A stretch of DNA of 64,000 nt from IMG/VR virus record IMGVR_UViG_3300048998_000202; one strand, written 5' to 3'. Below are positions 31,201 through 40,415 of the stretch, piece after piece. This DNA is from a virus. Taxonomy: Duplodnaviria > Caudoviricetes. The notes below the pieces were generated by a model that was not told where the DNA came from, searched no databases, and saw only the letters and a list, made by a program, of their open reading frames with translations. The position numbers were made by a program, and so were the translations under genes. Numbering within the stretch: the first letter of the stretch is position 1; each line of letters starts with the position of its first letter.

Positions 31201-32583
31201 ATCCGTGGCCCGGTTTTCCCGGACGGTGTACTCGACGGAGGAACCGAGCAGATCTGCGGCGGAGGCAATCGTGGTCGACTCGGTGACCACGTCGTCGGAT
31301 CGGTTGACCACGGGGACATCGGTCCGGCTGGCCACCTGATAGCCGAGATTGAAGTCCTTGACGCCCAGGGAGTAGTCGACCGGCTGGTTCAGGGACGAGA
31401 CCGGGACGTTCTCCGAGGGCAGGCGCGCCATGACGATCCGGAACCGGGATGCGGTAACCGGAGAGATTTTAAAAAGATACTGAGTCCAGTGACCGGACCC
31501 GAAGTGCTGTGGATGCAGGTGGGTGTTGTCCGATACCCCCGAGGAAATCACCTGCGGTATGCAGTCCTGGATCGAGATGACCGCCGCCAGATTGTTCTGC
31601 TGGGCACAGGTCTGCCAGATCCCTCCGGCATCCATGTACTGCACCCATGCCCGCTGCGGGAAATGCGCCAGGGAGAAACCGATCTGGTTCACCCGCTGCA
31701 CGGTAGACAGCGACACCGCGAAGACTTCTCGGGTGGTGTCTCCGTTGGGTCGGGCGGGCGTGGAAAAGAACTGCTGGTTCGCGGACTCCTGCTGACTGGC
31801 GATCAGAGAGGTGTTGGCCGCCAGGGAGGTGTTCAGGGCGTCCAGAGGTGAGCCGTTGACGTACAGCTTGGCCAGCGTCGGCAGCCCGGTGTCGCCGGGC
31901 ATGCCGGACTGTCCCGAGTTCGCCGTGGGCGCCGTGGCCGCACCTCCACTACCGCTCGGAGGGGGCGCCACGATCGTGGACATGCCCTGGGCCACGGCGT
32001 TGGCGAAGGCGTAGAAGGCGTCGGTCTTGTTGATCCGGTTGGCCCGGGAGGTGTCGCCGTTGAGGAAGAATGACTGCCGCAGAGCCAAGGTGAGTTCGAG
32101 CTGTACCCCCATGCTGCGCAGGTTCTTCTGGGTGATGTTGGCCGGGTCGTTGCCGTCCAGCTCGGTGGAGGCAACCGAGGTGGTGAATCCCGCAGCGGTC
32201 AGCGCCGTGGCGATCTTGTCCCGCAGGACGGTGTCCGCACCACCCATGAAGACCTGCGGGGTACCCCCGGAGGCCCCGTGCCAGGAGATCGTGTACTGCG
32301 ACTCCCCCACGATCCGCAGCGCATTGGGCTCGTCGAAATGGGTGCTGGTCAGGTGCAGGACGGAGTTCCCTGAAGGCTTCTTGCCGTCGAAGGTGTAGTA
32401 GTTCACCCCCTGGAGGCCCGCCATGTAGTCGGCGATCTCGGTGGTGCCCGACTCGATACCGCCGCCGTGGATGGCGATGTGGACCAGCGGGTTGTAGATC
32501 CCCTCGCGGAAGGTGATCAGGTAGTCCGTGCCCAGGACCTGGTGCGCCGCCAGGTCAGCGTAGTTGGTGTAGGTATCGACCAT
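28291..32583 (-). CDS. large baseplate/tail protein with N-terminal poly-gamma-glutamate hydrolase-like domain
   Basis: IAIHGGGIESGTTEIA, LHLTSTHFDEP, ISWHG, GVQLELT motifs of the PghP family in the first ~200 aa. Confidence 0.75.
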   Translation of the reverse strand: MVDTYTNYADLAAHQVLGTDYLITFREGIYNPLVHIAIHGGGIESGTTEIADYMAGLQGVNYYTFDGKKPSGNSVLHLTSTHFDEPNALRIVGESQYTISWHGASGGTPQVFMGGADTVLRDKIATALTAAGFTTSVASTELDGNDPANITQKNLRSMGVQLELTLALRQSFFLNGDTSRANRINKTDAFYAFANAVAQGMSTIVAPPPSGSGGAATAPTANSGQSGMPGDTGLPTLAKLYVNGSPLDALNTSLAANTSLIASQQESANQQFFSTPARPNGDTTREVFAVSLSTVQRVNQIGFSLAHFPQRAWVQYMDAGGIWQTCAQQNNLAAVISIQDCIPQVISSGVSDNTHLHPQHFGSGHWTQYLFKISPVTASRFRIVMARLPSENVPVSSLNQPVDYSLGVKDFNLGYQVASRTDVPVVNRSDDVVTESTTIASAADLLGSSVEYTVRENRATDLLAGTGAVWKCAPQPFASAVVCLYADVRDSSGNPQVIEKFYLEPLYTGSTVNIYYSLQIPNPAVFTASQTPLSFPATRPYGAVLPVPAPDGILFPNSASFLDIDNTVVQFDSTQPFQIGMVVQPQFPYTSTDEVAIYDDGVLKVFFGADPTGTVSTGVFQVSLGTMLLTWSGLPFDYNARLRFVLSYDGTNLMMYTPLETTGDNSEEETPPPPYQIITAVSGEIVPGTNPPAVLRIGGSLTAEAEDATPANARLVSLYIKQGTPDDLDTMTQYWADYSDFVVTPEYPQGPQTTDNMLLRYDPQQQTADTQSLNPYGFLGGPGVVYEDLLWTPIGRDYQLKKGFYDFNPTKARFFKFEFTNLIAEPYETDSPMVSTAKIFAQNPDTVPTAAKATAQSSNSGGSGVQSNIRLASVNRYDDQNRLTASGSASVDTNAGSTTTYLPTEAQFVTDPQGAARMALSAPYWNFAQQSPSPTMPRQSATGQHYYEYVTVAATSRVAYFVGLSQIQMYRSDLQIADDTDVYLELFHDASNLVYDLAIPNWTLGEDTILTPQTLNIPLSLTSQPYKSFRTVRALQFATTQSPPKQLLLDSDFDDTSLQFWRPVGDATITPDPFFDTEVGSLVRVDRAGAPVTWSSMEDFASWNGIEDSDPNPYVPTWDTLEGTVTATALGGIQSFQTVEVSPIGKLYAAVRVLAAQTLSSPLFLQLVNWDGSILAEEPAMVSAGQITEWFVEYNIGSGGVPDGTLLWTDIEALGTWDDLEVIGTWNDIAQGDVTVDVHDVTVQLFQNEVTHDVWYVDNLSIFNDAIMWEFSRDEGQTFWPVWDIRNDPNGVFVFPAEDEAIAGGGAAIVWRVTGAAADLSVSAVEVRPWFDSVTPGNPGKYTVQRGGPSLTPLDQTPVITDDPMFQAWHNVIPQDWWYIYRQAIRQNIQPTPVTQRSFLPDTVPVGVDEGSPAATHASVMPQSVIYTGN

Positions 32584-32598
32584 CAGTGGGTTTCCTCG

Positions 32599-33945
32599 TC
32601 ACTCATGGACCGGTACCGCCTTGCGGTCCCCGGTGTAGGGATGGGCAACGAGAGCACCGTCGGACACTGCCTGGGCGGCCAGAGCGTGCTGAGCCCCGAG
32701 GATGCCCTTCTTGGCGGTGTAGAAGATCTCCGTGCCGTCCCGATACACCACGAACTGATCATCGGTCAGTGGAGAGGGTGTGCCGTCCTGGGGTGTTGCG
32801 AAGTCCAGCGTGTCCGATGCCGGGAAGGTGTACGACGTCACCGCAGAAAACTGGCTGTTATACGTCCAGGAGCTGCCCTGGGATCCTGTGAACGGCGGCC
32901 GGGGCAGCACTCGACGTGTCGCCGGGTCCACCCCCTGCATGGCCTGGATGGTCGAGACCGGGTACACCGTCGCGATGCCCCCGGTGATCGTGGCCTTCGG
33001 CTGCACCTTGGGAGTGATCTCCCAGTACTCGCTGTCGGCCTGGAGACCGGAGATTGGTTGAGCGACGTGGGGAGAACCCAGACCCGAGTCCACGGTGATG
33101 ATCGTCCCGGCCGGACGCAGCTTCTGGAGTACCCGCACCAAGGCGTTCTCGTCCCGGGCGTAGTCGCTGGCGTGGTCCGGCGAGCTGGAGTAATCCTTGC
33201 GCGGCCGGACGACGATCTCCGAGCGCGTGAGGGTGTTGGTACGGCCCACCTCGATCGTGCCCTCCACCCGGTTCCAGGTGTCGGACGCCGCGAAGCTCCC
33301 CCACGTCGGAAACAGTGACTCGACGTCACTCCAGGTGTTGGGGTCGGAGAGCACCAAAGACCCGTAAGAGTCCAGGAGCTGCCAGGACTCGTAGATGTCC
33401 ACCGGGGCCTGCACGAGAGCCTCAGCGACCTGCTGGAGCCCCGGGACGGTACCTCCCATGGCGATGGCCTTGGCCAGCTCGGCGATGCGCTCCCGGTAGG
33501 AGGCGTCGGCCGTCAGGATCGTGTCCCACTCGTCCGGAGTGGCCGTGTCGTCCATGGGGTTGATCGGCAACGCCTCCGACGGTTGCCGCAGAGCCCCGAA
33601 GATGGCGCCGTAGAAGCGGTCCAAATCGAAGAAGTTCGCCCCGGACAGGTCGTTTTCCAGGCGGGTGACCAGCGTGCGCTTGCGGAGCTGCCCAGCCCCA
33701 GAGTCGCCCAGAAGGACCTTCATCAGCCGCACCAGATAGCTGGAGTTGCGCAGGTCGTACAGGCTCTCGGGGAAGTTCTGGAGCTGCTGCATCGTCGGAG
33801 CGTCCGGCAGCAGCATGTTGGTGGCGCGCTGGACCCCCGACACCAACGGTCCGGCCGGATCGGACTGGAGGGGTATCAGGCCGGTGTTGGGCGCAGAGGA
33901 GACATCGAAGAACGAGGTGGTCTGGTTGAAAATCGGTGTCGTCAT
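32599..33945 (-). CDS. baseplate protein (follows baseplate J)
   Basis: Position; YRERI...GGTVPGL, LQKLRPAGT motifs typical of wedge proteins. Confidence 0.6.
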   Translation of the reverse strand: MTTPIFNQTTSFFDVSSAPNTGLIPLQSDPAGPLVSGVQRATNMLLPDAPTMQQLQNFPESLYDLRNSSYLVRLMKVLLGDSGAGQLRKRTLVTRLENDLSGANFFDLDRFYGAIFGALRQPSEALPINPMDDTATPDEWDTILTADASYRERIAELAKAIAMGGTVPGLQQVAEALVQAPVDIYESWQLLDSYGSLVLSDPNTWSDVESLFPTWGSFAASDTWNRVEGTIEVGRTNTLTRSEIVVRPRKDYSSSPDHASDYARDENALVRVLQKLRPAGTIITVDSGLGSPHVAQPISGLQADSEYWEITPKVQPKATITGGIATVYPVSTIQAMQGVDPATRRVLPRPPFTGSQGSSWTYNSQFSAVTSYTFPASDTLDFATPQDGTPSPLTDDQFVVYRDGTEIFYTAKKGILGAQHALAAQAVSDGALVAHPYTGDRKAVPVHE

Positions 33946-35771
33946 CAGTAGGCCCCCCAGGAATTCTGGGCACGCTGCTGGTACAGCGAAGCACCGAACT
34001 GCGGTATCTGGGAGTCGGTGAAGACCACGTCCTTGGGACGCCCGGTGGTGTCGACGTATGAGGTCAACACCGTGCCGGTGGTGGAGATCTGCTGGATCCC
34101 GACCTGGAAGCTGTTGGCGGCGCCGAAGGTGAATCCAGACCAGTCTGAGCCGTTGAGGAACCGAACGTTGTCCACGCCGGGCACGTTGTGCAGCACCTGA
34201 AGAGCGTCGGAGACCTGAACGATGGCGTTGATGCCCAGAGAGTTCAGCCAGCTCGCCAAGGCCGCATCCAGAGACTGGTTGACCTGGGGCGGATAGGCGA
34301 CCCGGTCATACATCACGGCCAAAGAGAACCTCAGCAGAACGGACTGGGCCTGGTGGGCCTGGGCATCGGTCCCGGCCAACCGCCAGGAGTCGATCTCCTT
34401 CTGAATCGACAGTGGCACCTCGTTGTAGGTGTAGGCACCATCAGATCCCACAGTGAAAACCGCGTTGTTGGCCGGGAGGTTGGCGGCGTTCCATTCCAGG
34501 CCGAAATTGCTCGACGGCGTCCAGCCGCTGGCGGTGTTGTCGTGGACGATCTGATAGGCGTACGTGATGCTGCCGACCACGGTGCCCAGAGGATTGGTCG
34601 GGGTGGCCAGTCCGTACGTGGTAGAGCCCACGACGATCGTCGGGGAGACGGTCAAGATCGGCCCGAAGGCCAGCGGGAGAAAGACGTTGCCGCTGACCGG
34701 ATGGCTGCCGTCCGGGCGCACGTAGTTGGCCAACGGGTAGGCCGAACTGCCGAAGATCTTGGCGTTCTGGAAGATCATCGACTGCTGGGCAGAAACCGCC
34801 CTGGACCCGGCACACCACACGTCGATGCGGTTGATGATGCCGGTGGAAGGATTGGACCGGCTCGCAATCGGCGTGTACTCGTACTCCAGGTCGGCGATGG
34901 TCCCGTTGGGGATAGCCGCGCTGTTGGTGACGGTGACGGTGGGCGGCAGCGTGGGCGTGAAGGTGTAGTCGTGCCCGGCGACGAAGACCACGCCGTTGTC
35001 GATGTCGGTGCCGAACGAGACGGGTGTACCGAACACGTACTTGGCGTCGTTCACCGTGCTGGTCGCCGTGCCGGAGGCCACCTGGATCTGCTCGCGTACG
35101 AGCTTGGTCGCGGTGACGACGTTGGCCGCGAAGCAGTCCGGGTCATTCAGGGCGATGCCCAGGAACATATCCTCGGTCCCCGCCATCGAGCGGAACACGG
35201 TCGCCTTCCAGCGGGCCCGCAGAGCAGAGTCCGTCTCCTGGTCCATGCCGCCCGAAGTGGCCGAGACGTTGATCGCAGCCGCCACCCCCTGGATGGGGGT
35301 GGAGAGGTTGTTGATCAAGTTCGGCCCGAGGTTGCCCGCAGGGCCCGCGTCCACCGCCTGGACGGGAACCGCCACCGACTGGATGCCGACATCCATGATG
35401 GCGCCGGTCACCGTCTGGAAGATCACCGGAGTGTCAGTGGAGGAGGTGATCTGGAAGTTGATGGGGATGAAGACGATCGAGTCGGTGTTGTCGACGCCCC
35501 GACTGAAGGTGACCGTTCCCGAAGCCCGTTTGGCCGGAAGCCGGGCGATACCGAAGAGCTGGCAGAACGAATCCAGGTCCGCATCGGTCTTGGAGTCGAT
35601 GTCGTAGGTGTAGGTCAGGAGCTGGTTGTCCACATAGGCGTCGGCAATGGATGCCGCCAGGGCGTCCATGATTTTGGCCATGGGGGTGCCGACCGAGGTA
35701 TCCAGCTCGGGCATCGAGGCCGCGAGGGCAGCCTTCATCTGAGAGGCGATATCCGCCTGGGTGGTCGCCAC
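33945..35771 (-). CDS. baseplate J-like protein
   Basis: LDSFCQLFGIARLPAKRASGTVTF, AVDAGPAGN, GGMDQETDSALRAR. Confidence 0.9.
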   Translation of the reverse strand: MATTQADIASQMKAALAASMPELDTSVGTPMAKIMDALAASIADAYVDNQLLTYTYDIDSKTDADLDSFCQLFGIARLPAKRASGTVTFSRGVDNTDSIVFIPINFQITSSTDTPVIFQTVTGAIMDVGIQSVAVPVQAVDAGPAGNLGPNLINNLSTPIQGVAAAINVSATSGGMDQETDSALRARWKATVFRSMAGTEDMFLGIALNDPDCFAANVVTATKLVREQIQVASGTATSTVNDAKYVFGTPVSFGTDIDNGVVFVAGHDYTFTPTLPPTVTVTNSAAIPNGTIADLEYEYTPIASRSNPSTGIINRIDVWCAGSRAVSAQQSMIFQNAKIFGSSAYPLANYVRPDGSHPVSGNVFLPLAFGPILTVSPTIVVGSTTYGLATPTNPLGTVVGSITYAYQIVHDNTASGWTPSSNFGLEWNAANLPANNAVFTVGSDGAYTYNEVPLSIQKEIDSWRLAGTDAQAHQAQSVLLRFSLAVMYDRVAYPPQVNQSLDAALASWLNSLGINAIVQVSDALQVLHNVPGVDNVRFLNGSDWSGFTFGAANSFQVGIQQISTTGTVLTSYVDTTGRPKDVVFTDSQIPQFGASLYQQRAQNSWGAY

Positions 35772-35772
35772 G

Positions 35773-36198
35773 TCAGCTCACCGTCCTGGAGATCTGCAAG
35801 GTCTGTCCGGCCATGGTCGTCAAGCTGATGACGACCACCACAGAGTCGTACAGCACCGAAACGTCAATGGAGTTCACGGTCTGAATGATCTCGGACGTGG
35901 TGATGGTGTGTTGCTGGTTGTTGACTGCGGCCGTGGCGAGCTGCTGCTGCTGGTTGGCCATGTACTGCTGAAGGATCCGGTTGACCTCTGCCTGCACGAG
36001 CATCGGGGTATCGGTGTCGATCGGCTCGCCCAGGTACTGCCCCAGAACGGAGCCCCATCCGGAGTGGTAGGGGTCCGCTCCGTAATCCTCTCCGAGTGCC
36101 AGGGCCAGATCCTGGCGGATCTTCGCCGCTCCGCTCTGCGTCTGCAATCCGCCGGGTCCCACCACCAGGTCGCCGCCGGACAAGGCCAAGGTCTCCAC
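35773..36198 (-). CDS. baseplate wedge / gp25-like protein
   Basis: GDLVV...KIRQDLALAL...YHSGWGSVL; directly upstream of baseplate J; GGAGG RBS. Confidence 0.7.
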   Translation of the reverse strand: METLALSGGDLVVGPGGLQTQSGAAKIRQDLALALGEDYGADPYHSGWGSVLGQYLGEPIDTDTPMLVQAEVNRILQQYMANQQQQLATAAVNNQQHTITTSEIIQTVNSIDVSVLYDSVVVVISLTTMAGQTLQISRTVS

Positions 36199-36208
36199 GG
36201 CCACCTCC

Positions 36209-36242
36209 TCACTACTTCCTCGGTTAGGAGGTGGAGCCGACA
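36209..36242 (-). promoter_or_regulatory. candidate late promoter variant TGTC-N20-GAAGTAGTGA
   Basis: Same spacing as the other five copies. Confidence 0.55.
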
Positions 36243-36938
36243 TCAGGCCACAGAGAACCGGCAGGAGATCGTGGCCGAAGTGACAGTGGCGTTGGGCATC
36301 GCCGTGAACTGGACCACCCCGGCGCTGGTGATCTCCATCGAATGGGCTGTCGTGCCGGAGATCTGGGAGAAGGGCTGCGTCTTCAGCGGCCGGTAGCCCG
36401 GAGGCAGTGTGAAGACGGGGGAGGTCCCGGCGGCGATGGTCGTGGTGGTCTTGACCGCTCCCTCGATCACGACGAAGCCGCCGTAGTCGAGCAGGTAGCG
36501 GGCGCTCTGGTAGGCGCCGGAGAAGTCGGCCCAAGGGGAGGTGTAGACCGCTGGGGCCCAGACCCCCACAGGGACCGTCTGGGAGGTCGTCTGATCGTCG
36601 ATCAGGCCGAGCCCCTCCAGCACCCCCAGCAAGGTCACGAAGGCCGAGGGAATGGCGTTCCTGGAGCCCGTGAAGACCGGGGCGCTGGTCGCGGTGATCC
36701 GGCATCGCAGTGCCCAGTGACCGAGGGACCGGTCGATGATCCAGCGATCTCCGACCTGCGGCCACGCGACAGAGTCCCGCTTGTCCAGACCGACCTGGAT
36801 GGACTCGGCGGTCTGGACGTCTGCCACCAGGCAGATGTTGGCGTCCGGGTGCAGCTCTTTGATGTCCACGAGCTTGAAGGCGAAGCCGATGCCGGACGAT
36901 CCACTGCCCTGCTGCTTGGCCAGAACGGACTGGTACAT
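36243..36938 (-). CDS. baseplate spike-like / tail protein
   Basis: WPQVGDRW OB-like motif; FTLPPGYRP C-terminal fibre-type domain. Confidence 0.55.
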   Translation of the reverse strand: MYQSVLAKQQGSGSSGIGFAFKLVDIKELHPDANICLVADVQTAESIQVGLDKRDSVAWPQVGDRWIIDRSLGHWALRCRITATSAPVFTGSRNAIPSAFVTLLGVLEGLGLIDDQTTSQTVPVGVWAPAVYTSPWADFSGAYQSARYLLDYGGFVVIEGAVKTTTTIAAGTSPVFTLPPGYRPLKTQPFSQISGTTAHSMEITSAGVVQFTAMPNATVTSATISCRFSVA

Positions 36939-36948
36939 GGTGCTCCGA

Positions 36949-39498
36949 TCAGCCGAGCAGGCCACCCGCGCGGGGCAGCCCGATGAGGACGTTGGCCGAA
37001 CTACCGGTGTCGTTGAGTTTGGCCGGGGCCGAGATGTTGATCGTGGTGGCGAAAGAGCCGCCGTCGCCCATCTGGAAGGTGTGGACGACCTGGTTGACGT
37101 ACGCCTGGAAGGAGAAGGCGGGAATCTGGATCAGCATCCCCGGATACAGCTCCGGCATGAAGGTCAGAGGAATGTCGGCGTCGTACTGGTAGGCCCACTG
37201 CCGCATGAAGAAATAGATGGCGGAGAAGAACTGGGCGCTGGGTCCGACCAGGTTGGGCAGTTGCTGGAAGTCTGGCCGAGCACCGAACCGCTGGTAGATG
37301 AACTTGGTGAAGGCCGACGCCTGGGCCGTGGTCGGCTCGACCTTGAACAGCGCGTACATCAGCGCGGGTATGTCGATCGAGGCGATACCCCGGGTGTAGC
37401 TGAGGCTCTGAGCGACGACCAGGGGATCCAGGGAGGAGCTCACCAGGGAGGAGACCTGACCGGTCGCCAGGTCCAGCGCGTTCTGCCCGGCGCCCCCTTG
37501 CGGGGTGGTGGCGGTGAACTGGTGGGTGACGAAGAAGCTGTCGTCCCAGTCGACGTTGAAGTCCTTGATCTCGATGGGCTCGACGACCATCTTGGCCGCT
37601 GTCCCCCATAGCCCGTAGTAGTCCGGGAACCAGGAGATCAGGTCACCATTGGGGGCCGAACTGAACGACCGCATTCCCGAGGCGAAGAGGTTTTTCAGGT
37701 ACGGCAGCAGGGGCTGGTCGTTCAGCAGACTCTTGATGCCGGTAAGGGACTGACTGAGAATGTAGTTCGGGTCGGACTGCTGGGAGGCCAGGGGCTGCCA
37801 GGCGGTATCTCCGAAAAGCTTATCGAATGGGTCATTCGGGTTATAGCCAGGCGTGTCGCTGTAGTTGTCGGTGTAGATCGAGGAAGTATCGGACGCGCTG
37901 GAGCCAGGGGTATCGGTCGTGAGACCGCCACTGGTTGACCCGTTCCCCTGGCCCAGCTTCCCGTAATTCACCCGTGGGATCAGGCCCCCTGCATCCCAGT
38001 AACTGGCCGAGGTGGGCGTAACCGAGGCGAAGGTCCCGGTGTGATGGGCGCCCACCGAATGGGTGCCGTCCCCGATGCTCATCTCGACGTGATGAGGAGG
38101 AGATCCCTTGAAGAGAAGCGCTCCCGGCGTCTTCAGGGCGGTCGCCACGCTGACCTTCGAGCATGCCGGGAGCTGCTCCTCCGAGGTCCGGGGGAAGTTG
38201 TACAGGCCGCCCAGAGCCCGCAGGATGACTGACTGGACGAAGGAGGAGCAGTCCAGTCCGGGCGGGGGGTTGGCGCCGATGATCGAGACCTGAGTGCCCC
38301 CATACTTCTGGGTATACGGGATGGACGGGTAGGTCGTCACCAGATCCTTAGCCACCTGGATGAGCTGCAAATTCGAGCAGGTTCCCGTGGCGTTGGCCCC
38401 CGAGACCCCGGAGGTGACGATGCTGTTGGTGCCGCCCGCCTTCTTCAGGTCGTTGACCATCTGGGTCGCGTCGTTCTGCCACTTGGCGTACGCCTGCGGA
38501 TAGGCCGATCGCTGCACCGCCTGCGCCGCTTGGGACATCGTCATCTTGTCCCGGCTCTTGACGTTGAACAGTGCGGTGAAGAACCGCTGTGAGGCGTAGA
38601 CGGGATCGAGGATCTGAGACTTGGTGCCCCACCCCTGGGAGGGGCGCTGCTGGAACAGGCCGACCGAGTCCCGGTCTCCATGGTCCAGGTTGTGCAGGGA
38701 CGACTCCTGCATGGCCGTCATCAGGGCGATCGTCTCGTCCCGGTCGGTGGCGCCCATGGTGCGGCCCGTGTTGTAGATCGTGGTTGCGTTCTGCTTCTGA
38801 TCGGTCGCGTTGAAGCCGCCGTAGTCACCGGTCAGTGCCGCCGAAGTGGTCTGTCCCCCGTTGGTCCCGACGGTCCCGGCACCGCCCAGGGACTGGAAGA
38901 ACTGCTGGGCGAGCTGATCGGACTCGGCGGCGCTCTTGTCGACGGACTCGGCGATCTTGTAGGCGATCTTGAACCAGTCATCGGGGATCTTGGCGATGTG
39001 GACCTTGCTCTCCGGCCAGCCCACGACGTTCTTCAAGATCGACAAAACGACATTGGTCATGCCGCCGTCCGAGGTCTGCCCCGTGCCGCTGGCCGCCGAC
39101 AAGGCGTCCATGATCATCTGCTGGGTGAAGGCCGACTCCGGGTCCCAGTACCAGTACTGAAGCCGCTTCAGCGAGCACGATGCCGTGAGTGAGACGTTGC
39201 GCGGCCATGCCGTCAGCAGTGGAACCCGGTTCAGATATCCGGTGAACACCCTGACCCAGGTCACCCGCTTCATCAGCACGGTGATCCGGTCGTTGGGCGT
39301 GAACACCTCGTCGTATTTTCTCCTCGGATTTATCAGAGAAAACTGGAAGTCGCTCACCCCGTCAACACGCCTCGTGAGCTGACCACTTACGAGGTCATCC
39401 GAGACATCGATCACCGTGGTCTTTGTGCTACCCGCGTTAAGATTGCCGCCCGTCTCCACCAGAACTTGCACCTGTGGGGCATATATGAAGCTAGGAAT
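36949..39498 (-). CDS. baseplate hub with lysozyme-like and NlpC/P60 cell-wall hydrolase domains
   Basis: ALMTAMQESSL..DRDSVGLFQQRPSQGWG..AQAVQRSAYP; GLDCSSFV..HHVEM; start may be ATT at 39498 (track gives GTG at 39471). Confidence 0.8.
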   Translation of the reverse strand: MPSFIYAPQVQVLVETGGNLNAGSTKTTVIDVSDDLVSGQLTRRVDGVSDFQFSLINPRRKYDEVFTPNDRITVLMKRVTWVRVFTGYLNRVPLLTAWPRNVSLTASCSLKRLQYWYWDPESAFTQQMIMDALSAASGTGQTSDGGMTNVVLSILKNVVGWPESKVHIAKIPDDWFKIAYKIAESVDKSAAESDQLAQQFFQSLGGAGTVGTNGGQTTSAALTGDYGGFNATDQKQNATTIYNTGRTMGATDRDETIALMTAMQESSLHNLDHGDRDSVGLFQQRPSQGWGTKSQILDPVYASQRFFTALFNVKSRDKMTMSQAAQAVQRSAYPQAYAKWQNDATQMVNDLKKAGGTNSIVTSGVSGANATGTCSNLQLIQVAKDLVTTYPSIPYTQKYGGTQVSIIGANPPPGLDCSSFVQSVILRALGGLYNFPRTSEEQLPACSKVSVATALKTPGALLFKGSPPHHVEMSIGDGTHSVGAHHTGTFASVTPTSASYWDAGGLIPRVNYGKLGQGNGSTSGGLTTDTPGSSASDTSSIYTDNYSDTPGYNPNDPFDKLFGDTAWQPLASQQSDPNYILSQSLTGIKSLLNDQPLLPYLKNLFASGMRSFSSAPNGDLISWFPDYYGLWGTAAKMVVEPIEIKDFNVDWDDSFFVTHQFTATTPQGGAGQNALDLATGQVSSLVSSSLDPLVVAQSLSYTRGIASIDIPALMYALFKVEPTTAQASAFTKFIYQRFGARPDFQQLPNLVGPSAQFFSAIYFFMRQWAYQYDADIPLTFMPELYPGMLIQIPAFSFQAYVNQVVHTFQMGDGGSFATTINISAPAKLNDTGSSANVLIGLPRAGGLLG

Positions 39499-39509
39499 GA
39501 CTGCCCCCT

Positions 39510-40196
39510 CTACTGCTGTGTGCCGTTGTTGATGGGATTGACCCCGGTGACCGGGTCGACGTCTCCGATATCAGAGCCGCCAGCGGTACCGCCGTTGACG
39601 ATGTTCTGGATGTCCTGGATCGAGGTGACCTTATCGAAGGCTCCCACGTCTGGGACCTGACTTCCTGAGAGCTGGATACCGCTGGGGTAGAAGTACTTGA
39701 TCTCCGGAGATGCGCTCACGCTCTGCGCGCTCATGGAGAAGTAGGAGATCCACCGGTAGTCGGTGGTGGACTGCCCCAGGCTCTGATCGACGTGGGTCTC
39801 GAAAGAAACTGTCGGGGTCCAGATCATCGAGCCGACGTGGTTTCCCCATTCGATGCCGTTCAGGGGCACCCCCCACCGGATGAATTTCCGGTTGGGCATC
39901 GTCACCAGCATGGTGGGGAAGTTGCTGACCGACAGCGAGGGGTCCAGGGCCCTGCTGACGTAGTCGCTGAGGAAGTTGCTGAACTGCACGCGCTCCTTGT
40001 AGCCCTTGATGATCACCGTCAGGGCGAACGGGATGGCGGTGACCTGGTGGGGGTAGTACGCCCGGCGTGTACGGGCCTGGGCCTCGTCGGATACGAGCTG
40101 GGAACCGTGGGCGACCTGGGAGGCCCGGACGGAGAACTTGTAGGTCTTCCCGCCGTACTGGTAGCTCAGGCTCGTGTTGAGTCCGCTGCGGGCCAT
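39510..40196 (-). CDS. tail/baseplate protein
   Basis: Position between tape measure and hub. Confidence 0.55.
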   Translation of the reverse strand: MARSGLNTSLSYQYGGKTYKFSVRASQVAHGSQLVSDEAQARTRRAYYPHQVTAIPFALTVIIKGYKERVQFSNFLSDYVSRALDPSLSVSNFPTMLVTMPNRKFIRWGVPLNGIEWGNHVGSMIWTPTVSFETHVDQSLGQSTTDYRWISYFSMSAQSVSASPEIKYFYPSGIQLSGSQVPDVGAFDKVTSIQDIQNIVNGGTAGGSDIGDVDPVTGVNPINNGTQQ

Positions 40197-40415
40197 CTAC
40201 AGCCCCTCGTCATAGTTGACGACCTGCTGCTTGGCCTGCACGGGGGCGTACGAGGGCGTGGCCATCTGCTGGTAGTCGGCCGTCGAGAGGTCGAAGAACA
40301 GTCCATTGGCGGTGAAGCAGAACCCGTCCATGGGGATCACGCCGGGGTTGTCGTCGCTCAGCGGCTGAGGAAGCGAGACCGGTACGTCGGCTCCCCAGTG
40401 CACAGGATCGGTCAT
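40197..40415 (-). CDS. small hypothetical virion protein
   Basis: ATGA-coupled ORF filling the operon gap. Confidence 0.55.
   Translation of the reverse strand: MTDPVHWGADVPVSLPQPLSDDNPGVIPMDGFCFTANGLFFDLSTADYQQMATPSYAPVQAKQQVVNYDEGL

Noticed and set aside
35410-35430. Guide E5 targeting own baseplate J (VIFQT)
   Set aside because: Only four units match; insufficient
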